Shown here in pieces: positions 21,590-30,707 of a stretch of 30,707 nt of DNA. Below the pieces are notes generated by a model. The model made no database searches and was not told where the DNA came from. It saw nothing but the letters and a program-made list of their open reading frames with translations. Numbering within the stretch: the first letter of the stretch is position 1; every line of letters begins with the position of its first letter. Position numbers and translations under genes: made by a program. Source of the DNA: Azolla caroliniana (Eukaryota; Plantae; Polypodiophyta). The DNA lies in the NCBI GenBank assembly GCA_043228905.1, contig JBHGNT010000369.1, positions 1-30,707 of the forward strand, read 5' to 3'.

Positions 21590-24500
21590 TGTGTTGGCCG
21601 GTCAGAGAAGGCAAATGGGAAAGCAAGGTCGGATCGGATAAATATAGAAATAGGAATAGAATTATTAGGAGGGACGGATCCGGTAGTTGTAACCGATCCG
21701 GATCCGAACCGATTCGGTTTCGGTTAATGGTTGCCTAAGAGCACCGATTGTAATCTGGCCGGATGCCTATAAAAGGATCCGATGTTTTGTAATGAAGTAC
21801 GAAGAATTAATATAGTCTCGCTTATGTTTATTGATCTTGTCTTCGTCTGTGCTTAAGTGTAATTATCATACGCGTGTATTAACATCCTATCCCTACCACC
21901 CTTTGGAGAAGTGTCGGATAGACACCTGTGTTGTGGCTAGTCCAGCAGGGACACACAACGCCGATCTCCATCAGTGAGGGCGAGCGACCGGCTGAAGAGG
22001 ACCCAACCGACAACGCACCCCGACAAGAATTACCCGAGGAAGAACTTCCGGAGCAAGAACAGGTTGATGCCGGAGATGATGCAGAGTGGAGACTGGGAAG
22101 TACCGAATCCGGGGAGGAAAGGACACAACCAGTGGAAACCGGAGAAAGAGATACCGGGAACGGAACGGAGGTAGAGCAGGACAGACCCGGACAGGATACA
22201 GAAGAAACACCGGTACCACCGGTACAAGCAGAGTCGGAGCAGCAAGATGCGAAAAGGCAGCCAATCCAATCGAAAGTCGGAGACGGCACAGGCAAGACAA
22301 CACTTGAAACCTCTGAGCGGAGTTTGCTGGATAATTTGGAGGAAGACTGAAGCCGGTTGTGGATTCGAAGTGCAATGCACTTTCCCACGGGCGTGCCATG
22401 TGTTGGCCGGTCAGAGAAGGCAAATGGGAAAGCAAGGTCGGATCGGATAAATATAGAAATAGGAATAGAATTATTAGGAGGGACGGATCCGGTAGTTGTA
22501 ACCGATCCGGATCCGAACCGATTCGGTTTCGGTTAATGGTTGCCTAAGAGCACCGATTGTAATCTGGCCGGATGCCTATAAAAGGATCCGATGTTTTGTA
22601 ATGAAGTACGAAGAATTAATATAGTCTCGCTTATGTTTATTGATCTTGTCTTCGTCTGTGCTTAAGTGTAATTATCATACGCGTGTATTAACATCCTATC
22701 CCTACCACCCTTTGGAGAAGTGTCGGATAGACACCTGTGTTGTGGCTAGTCCAGCAGGGACACACAACGCCGATCTCCATCAGTGAGGGCGAGCGACCGG
22801 CTGAAGAGGACCCAACCGACAACGCACCCCGACAAGAATTACCCGAGGAAGAACTTCCGGAGCAAGAACAGGTTGATGCCGGAGATGATGCAGAGTGGAG
22901 ACTGGGAAGTACCGAATCCGGGGAGGAAAGGACACAACCAGTGGAAACCGGAGAAAGCGATACCGGGAACGGAACGGAGGTAGAGCAGGACAGACCCGGA
23001 CAGGATACAGAAGAAACACCGGTACCACCGGTACAAGCAGAGTCGGAGCAGCAAGATGCGAAAAGGCAGCCAATCCAATCGAAAGTCGGAGACGGCACAG
23101 GCAAGACAACACTTGAAACCTCTGAGCGGAGTTTGCTGGATAATTTGGAGGAAGACTGAAGCCGGTTGTGGATTCGAAGTGCAATGCACTTTCCCACGGG
23201 CGTGCCATGTGTTGGCCGGTCAGAGAAGGCAAATGGGAAAGCAAGGTCGGATCGGATAAATATAGAAATAGGAATAGAATTATTAGGAGGGACGGATCCG
23301 GTAGTTGTAACCGATCCGGATCCGAACCGATTCGGTTTCGGTTAATGGTTGCCTAAGAGCACCGATTGTAATCTGGCCGGATGCCTATAAAAGGATCCGA
23401 TGTTTTGTAATGAAGTACGAAGAATTAATATAGTCTCGCTTATGTTTATTGATCTTGTCTTCGTCTGTGCTTAAGTGTAATTATCATACGCGTGTATTAA
23501 CATCCTATCCCTACCACCCTTTGGAGAAGTGTCGGATAGACACCTGTGTTGTGGCTAGTCCAGCAGGGACACACAACGCCGATCTCCATCAGTGAGGGCG
23601 AGCGACCGGCTGAAGAGGACCCAACCGACAACGCACCCCGACAAGAATTACCCGAGGAAGAACTTCCGGAGCAAGAACAGGTTGATGCCGGAGATGATGC
23701 AGAGTGGAGACTGGGAAGTACCGAATCCGGGGAGGAAAGGACACAACCAGTGGAAACCGGAGAAAGCGATACCGGGAACGGAACGGAGGTAGAGCAGGAC
23801 AGACCCGGACAGGATACAGAAGAAACACCGGTACCACCGGTACAAGCAGAGTCGGAGCAGCAAGATGCGAAAAGGCAGCCAATCCAATCGAAAGTCGGAG
23901 ACGGCACAGGCAAGACAACACTTGAAACCTCTGAGCGGAGTTTGCTGGATAATTTGGAGGAAGACTGAAGCCGGTTGTGGATTCGAAGTGCAATGCACTT
24001 TCCCACGGGCGTGCCATGTGTTGGCCGGTCAGAGAAGGCAAATGGGAAAGCAAGGTCGGATCGGATAAATATAGAAATAGGAATAGAATTATTAGGAGGG
24101 ACGGATCCGGTAGTTGTAACCGATCCGGATCCGAACCGATTCGGTTTCGGTTAATGGTTGCCTAAGAGCACCGATTGTAATCTGGCCGGATGCCTATAAA
24201 AGGATCCGATGTTTTGTAATGAAGTACGAAGAATTAATATAGTCTCGCTTATGTTTATTGATCTTGTCTTCGTCTGTGCTTAAGTGTAATTATCATACGC
24301 GTGTATTAACATCCTATCCCTACCACCCTTTGGAGAAGTGTCGGATAGACACCTGTGTTGTGGCTAGTCCAGCAGGGACACACAACGCCGATCTCCATCA
24401 GTGAGGGCGAGCGACCGGCTGAAGAGGACCCAACCGACAACGCACCCCGACAAGAATTACCCGAGGAAGAACTTCCGGAGCAAGAACAGGTTGATGCCGG

Positions 24501-27500
24501 AGATGATGCAGAGTGGAGACTGGGAAGTACCGAATCCGGGGAGGAAAGGACACAACCAGTGGAAACCGGAGAAAGCGATACCGGGAACGGAACGGAGGTA
24601 GAGCAGGACAGACCCGGACAGGATACAGAAGAAACACCGGTACCACCGGTACAAGCAGAGTCGGAGCAGCAAGATGCGAAAAGGCAGCCAATCCAATCGA
24701 AAGTCGGAGACGGCACAGGCAAGACAACACTTGAAACCTCTGAGCGGAGTTTGCTGGATAATTTGGAGGAAGACTGAAGCCGGTTGTGGATTCGAAGTGC
24801 AATGCACTTTCCCACGGGCGTGCCATGTGTTGGCCGGTCAGAGAAGGCAAATGGGAAAGCAAGGTCGGATCGGATAAATATAGAAATAGGAATAGAATTA
24901 TTAGGAGGGACGGATCCGGTAGTTGTAACCGATCCGGATCCGAACCGATTCGGTTTCGGTTAATGGTTGCCTAAGAGCACCGATTGTAATCTGGCCGGAT
25001 GCCTATAAAAGGATCCGATGTTTTGTAATGAAGTACGAAGAATTAATATAGTCTCGCTTATGTTTATTGATCTTGTCTTCGTCTGTGCTTAAGTGTAATT
25101 ATCATACGCGTGTATTAACATCCTATCCCTACCACCCTTTGGAGAAGTGTCGGATAGACACCTGTGTTGTGGCTAGTCCAGCAGGGACACACAACGCCGA
25201 TCTCCATCAGTGAGGGCGAGCGACCGGCTGAAGAGGACCCAACCGACAACGCACCCCGACAAGAATTACCCGAGGAAGAACTTCCGGAGCAAGAACAGGT
25301 TGATGCCGGAGATGATGCAGAGTGGAGACTGGGAAGTACCGAATCCGGGGAGGAAAGGACACAACCAGTGGAAACCGGAGAAAGCGATACCGGGAACGGA
25401 ACGGAGGTAGAGCAGGACAGACCCGGACAGGATACAGAAGAAACACCGGTACCACCGGTACAAGCAGAGTCGGAGCAGCAAGATGCGAAAAGGCAGCCAA
25501 TCCAATCGAAAGTCGGAGACGGCACAGGCAAGACAACACTTGAAACCTCTGAGCGGAGTTTGCTGGATAATTTGGAGGAAGACTGAAGCCGGTTGTGGAT
25601 TCGAAGTGCAATGCACTTTCCCACGGGCGTGCCATGTGTTGGCCGGTCAGAGAAGGCAAATGGGAAAGCAAGGTCGGATCGGATAAATATAGAAATAGGA
25701 ATAGAATTATTAGGAGGGACGGATCCGGTAGTTGTAACCGATCCGGATCCGAACCGATTCGGTTTCGGTTAATGGTTGCCTAAGAGCACCGATTGTAATC
25801 TGGCCGGATGCCTATAAAAGGATCCGATGTTTTGTAATGAAGTACGAAGAATTAATATAGTCTCGCTTATGTTTATTGATCTTGTCTTCGTCTGTGCTTA
25901 AGTGTAATTATCATACGCGTGTATTAACATCCTATCCCTACCACCCTTTGGAGAAGTGTCGGATAGACACCTGTGTTGTGGCTAGTCCAGCAGGGACACA
26001 CAACGCCGATCTCCATCAGTGAGGGCGAGCGACCGGCTGAAGAGGACCCAACCGACAACGCACCCCGACAAGAATTACCCGAGGAAGAACTTCCGGAGCA
26101 AGAACAGGTTGATGCCGGAGATGATGCAGAGTGGAGACTGGGAAGTACCGAATCCGGGGAGGAAAGGACACAACCAGTGGAAACCGGAGAAAGCGATACC
26201 GGGAACGGAACGGAGGTAGAGCAGGACAGACCCGGACAGGATACAGAAGAAACACCGGTACCACCGGTACAAGCAGAGTCGGAGCAGCAAGATGCGAAAA
26301 GGCAGCCAATCCAATCGAAAGTCGGAGACGGCACAGGCAAGACAACACTTGAAACCTCTGAGCGGAGTTTGCTGGATAATTTGGAGGAAGACTGAAGCCG
26401 GTTGTGGATTCGAAGTGCAATGCACTTTCCCACGGGCGTGCCATGTGTTGGCCGGTCAGAGAAGGCAAATGGGAAAGCAAGGTCGGATCGGATAAATATA
26501 GAAATAGGAATAGAATTATTAGGAGGGACGGATCCGGTAGTTGTAACCGATCCGGATCCGAACCGATTCGGTTTCGGTTAATGGTTGCCTAAGAGCACCG
26601 ATTGTAATCTGGCCGGATGCCTATAAAAGGATCCGATGTTTTGTAATGAAGTACGAAGAATTAATATAGTCTCGCTTATGTTTATTGATCTTGTCTTCGT
26701 CTGTGCTTAAGTGTAATTATCATACGCGTGTATTAACATCCTATCCCTACCACCCTTTGGAGAAGTGTCGGATAGACACCTGTGTTGTGGCTAGTCCAGC
26801 AGGGACACACAACGCCGATCTCCATCAGTGAGGGCGAGCGACCGGCTGAAGAGGACCCAACCGACAACGCACCCCGACAAGAATTACCCGAGGAAGAACT
26901 TCCGGAGCAAGAACAGGTTGATGCCGGAGATGATGCAGAGTGGAGACTGGGAAGTACCGAATCCGGGGAGGAAAGGACACAACCAGTGGAAACCGGAGAA
27001 AGCGATACCGGGAACGGAACGGAGGTAGAGCAGGACAGACCCGGACAGGATACAGAAGAAACACCGGTACCACCGGTACAAGCAGAGTCGGAGCAGCAAG
27101 ATGCGAAAAGGCAGCCAATCCAATCGAAAGTCGGAGACGGCACAGGCAAGACAACACTTGAAACCTCTGAGCGGAGTTTGCTGGATAATTTGGAGGAAGA
27201 CTGAAGCCGGTTGTGGATTCGAAGTGCAATGCACTTTCCCACGGGCGTGCCATGTGTTGGCCGGTCAGAGAAGGCAAATGGGAAAGCAAGGTCGGATCGG
27301 ATAAATATAGAAATAGGAATAGAATTATTAGGAGGGACGGATCCGGTAGTTGTAACCGATCCGGATCCGAACCGATTCGGTTTCGGTTAATGGTTGCCTA
27401 AGAGCACCGATTGTAATCTGGCCGGATGCCTATAAAAGGATCCGATGTTTTGTAATGAAGTACGAAGAATTAATATAGTCTCGCTTATGTTTATTGATCT

Positions 27501-30500
27501 TGTCTTCGTCTGTGCTTAAGTGTAATTATCATACGCGTGTATTAACATCCTATCCCTACCACCCTTTGGAGAAGTGTCGGATAGACACCTGTGTTGTGGC
27601 TAGTCCAGCAGGGACACACAACGCCGATCTCCATCAGTGAGGGCGAGCGACCGGCTGAAGAGGACCCAACCGACAACGCACCCCGACAAGAATTACCCGA
27701 GGAAGAACTTCCGGAGCAAGAACAGGTTGATGCCGGAGATGATGCAGAGTGGAGACTGGGAAGTACCGAATCCGGGGAGGAAAGGACACAACCAGTGGAA
27801 ACCGGAGAAAGCGATACCGGGAACGGAACGGAGGTAGAGCAGGACAGACCCGGACAGGATACAGAAGAAACACCGGTACCACCGGTACAAGCAGAGTCGG
27901 AGCAGCAAGATGCGAAAAGGCAGCCAATCCAATCGAAAGTCGGAGACGGCACAGGCAAGACAACACTTGAAACCTCTGAGCGGAGTTTGCTGGATAATTT
28001 GGAGGAAGACTGAAGCCGGTTGTGGATTCGAAGTGCAATGCACTTTCCCACGGGCGTGCCATGTGTTGGCCGGTCAGAGAAGGCAAATGGGAAAGCAAGG
28101 TCGGATCGGATAAATATAGAAATAGGAATAGAATTATTAGGAGGGACGGATCCGGTAGTTGTAACCGATCCGGATCCGAACCGATTCGGTTTCGGTTAAT
28201 GGTTGCCTAAGAGCACCGATTGTAATCTGGCCGGATGCCTATAAAAGGATCCGATGTTTTGTAATGAAGTACGAAGAATTAATATAGTCTCGCTTATGTT
28301 TATTGATCTTGTCTTCGTCTGTGCTTAAGTGTAATTATCATACGCGTGTATTAACATCCTATCCCTACCACCCTTTGGAGAAGTGTCGGATAGACACCTG
28401 TGTTGTGGCTAGTCCAGCAGGGACACACAACGCCGATCTCCATCAGTGAGGGCGAGCGACCGGCTGAAGAGGACCCAACCGACAACGCACCCCGACAAGA
28501 ATTACCCGAGGAAGAACTTCCGGAGCAAGAACAGGTTGATGCCGGAGATGATGCAGAGTGGAGACTGGGAAGTACCGAATCCGGGGAGGAAAGGACACAA
28601 CCAGTGGAAACCGGAGAAAGCGATACCGGGAACGGAACGGAGGTAGAGCAGGACAGACCCGGACAGGATACAGAAGAAACACCGGTACCACCGGTACAAG
28701 CAGAGTCGGAGCAGCAAGATGCGAAAAGGCAGCCAATCCAATCGAAAGTCGGAGACGGCACAGGCAAGACAACACTTGAAACCTCTGAGCGGAGTTTGCT
28801 GGATAATTTGGAGGAAGACTGAAGCCGGTTGTGGATTCGAAGTGCAATGCACTTTCCCACGGGCGTGCCATGTGTTGGCCGGTCAGAGAAGGCAAATGGG
28901 AAAGCAAGGTCGGATCGGATAAATATAGAAATAGGAATAGAATTATTAGGAGGGACGGATCCGGTAGTTGTAACCGATCCGGATCCGAACCGATTCGGTT
29001 TCGGTTAATGGTTGCCTAAGAGCACCGATTGTAATCTGGCCGGATGCCTATAAAAGGATCCGATGTTTTGTAATGAAGTACGAAGAATTAATATAGTCTC
29101 GCTTATGTTTATTGATCTTGTCTTCGTCTGTGCTTAAGTGTAATTATCATACGCGTGTATTAACATCCTATCCCTACCACCCTTTGGAGAAGTGTCGGAT
29201 AGACACCTGTGTTGTGGCTAGTCCAGCAGGGACACACAACGCCGATCTCCATCAGTGAGGGCGAGCGACCGGCTGAAGAGGACCCAACCGACAACGCACC
29301 CCGACAAGAATTACCCGAGGAAGAACTTCCGGAGCAAGAACAGGTTGATGCCGGAGATGATGCAGAGTGGAGACTGGGAAGTACCGAATCCGGGGAGGAA
29401 AGGACACAACCAGTGGAAACCGGAGAAAGCGATACCGGGAACGGAACGGAGGTAGAGCAGGACAGACCCGGACAGGATACAGAAGAAACACCGGTACCAC
29501 CGGTACAAGCAGAGTCGGAGCAGCAAGATGCGAAAAGGCAGCCAATCCAATCGAAAGTCGGAGACGGCACAGGCAAGACAACACTTGAAACCTCTGAGCG
29601 GAGTTTGCTGGATAATTTGGAGGAAGACTGAAGCCGGTTGTGGATTCGAAGTGCAATGCACTTTCCCACGGGCGTGCCATGTGTTGGCCGGTCAGAGAAG
29701 GCAAATGGGAAAGCAAGGTCGGATCGGATAAATATAGAAATAGGAATAGAATTATTAGGAGGGACGGATCCGGTAGTTGTAACCGATCCGGATCCGAACC
29801 GATTCGGTTTCGGTTAATGGTTGCCTAAGAGCACCGATTGTAATCTGGCCGGATGCCTATAAAAGGATCCGATGTTTTGTAATGAAGTACGAAGAATTAA
29901 TATAGTCTCGCTTATGTTTATTGATCTTGTCTTCGTCTGTGCTTAAGTGTAATTATCATACGCGTGTATTAACATCCTATCCCTACCACCCTTTGGAGAA
30001 GTGTCGGATAGACACCTGTGTTGTGGCTAGTCCAGCAGGGACACACAACGCCGATCTCCATCAGTGAGGGCGAGCGACCGGCTGAAGAGGACCCAACCGA
30101 CAACGCACCCCGACAAGAATTACCCGAGGAAGAACTTCCGGAGCAAGAACAGGTTGATGCCGGAGATGATGCAGAGTGGAGACTGGGAAGTACCGAATCC
30201 GGGGAGGAAAGGACACAACCAGTGGAAACCGGAGAAAGCGATACCGGGAACGGAACGGAGGTAGAGCAGGACAGACCCGGACAGGATACAGAAGAAACAC
30301 CGGTACCACCGGTACAAGCAGAGTCGGAGCAGCAAGATGCGAAAAGGCAGCCAATCCAATCGAAAGTCGGAGACGGCACAGGCAAGACAACACTTGAAAC
30401 CTCTGAGCGGAGTTTGCTGGATAATTTGGAGGAAGACTGAAGCCGGTTGTGGATTCGAAGTGCAATGCACTTTCCCACGGGCGTGCCATGTGTTGGCCGG

Positions 30501-30707
30501 TCAGAGAAGGCAAATGGGAAAGCAAGGTCGGATCGGATAAATATAGAAATAGGAATAGAATTATTAGGAGGGACGGATCCGGTAGTTGTAACCGATCCGG
30601 ATCCGAACCGATTCGGTTTCGGTTAATGGTTGCCTAAGAGCACCGATTGTAATCTGGCCGGATGCCTATAAAAGGATCCGATGTTTTGTAATGAAGTACG
30701 AAGAATT

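Larger units (their letters stand above)
20783..30707 (-). mobile_element. Tandem array of a non-autonomous TRIM-like LTR element; 809-bp unit, 12 full units plus a partial 13th LTR; runs off the window
   Basis: LTR starts at 20783+809n (20783, 21592 ... 29682, 30491). Only one difference was noticed between units (C>A at 22149). Each unit has a TGTT..AACA LTR, a PBS and a PPT, but no gag or pol. Confidence 0.9.

Noticed and set aside
20783-21591. Retrozyme or Cassandra identity for the 809-bp unit
   Set aside because: CTGAAGA at ~21183 has no matching stem II/GAAA/NUH, so no hammerhead. No 5S rRNA-like segment was recognised in the LTR.
21070-30637. Tandem gene family from the many repeated ORFs in the array
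   Set aside because: They are overlapping low-complexity frames repeated only because the DNA repeats, with no known domain. Only the 140-codon acidic frame is kept as a weak candidate.

Overview
Eukaryotic, almost certainly land-plant, repeat-only heterochromatic DNA with no host protein-coding gene. Five layers run left to right, each cut off by the next. (1) 1-9724: a degenerate satellite of mostly 532/266-bp units, carrying 22 copies of a tRNA-Arg(CCT)-derived gene. (2) ~9725-14325 (+): a decayed Penelope-like retroelement (PLE). It has a 5' TATA box and type I hammerhead ribozyme, a long ORF1, a candidate programmed -1 frameshift (A AAA AAC, flanking stops, stem/pseudoknot) and a PLE-type RT. 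(3) 14326-~18240 (-): a decayed Ty1/Copia element. (4) ~18245-20782 (-): the 3' half of a Ty3/Gypsy chromovirus. (5) 20783-30707: at least 12.3 near-identical 809-bp units (293-bp LTR plus 516-bp internal region) of a tRNA-Arg(TCT)-primed non-autonomous TRIM-like element with an apparently bipartite primer-binding site. The most notable items are the ribozyme-bearing, frameshifting PLE sitting in a tRNA satellite, the tRNA satellite itself, and the very young TRIM concatemer. Comparisons with reference tRNAs and protein motifs are from memory, not from a database search.
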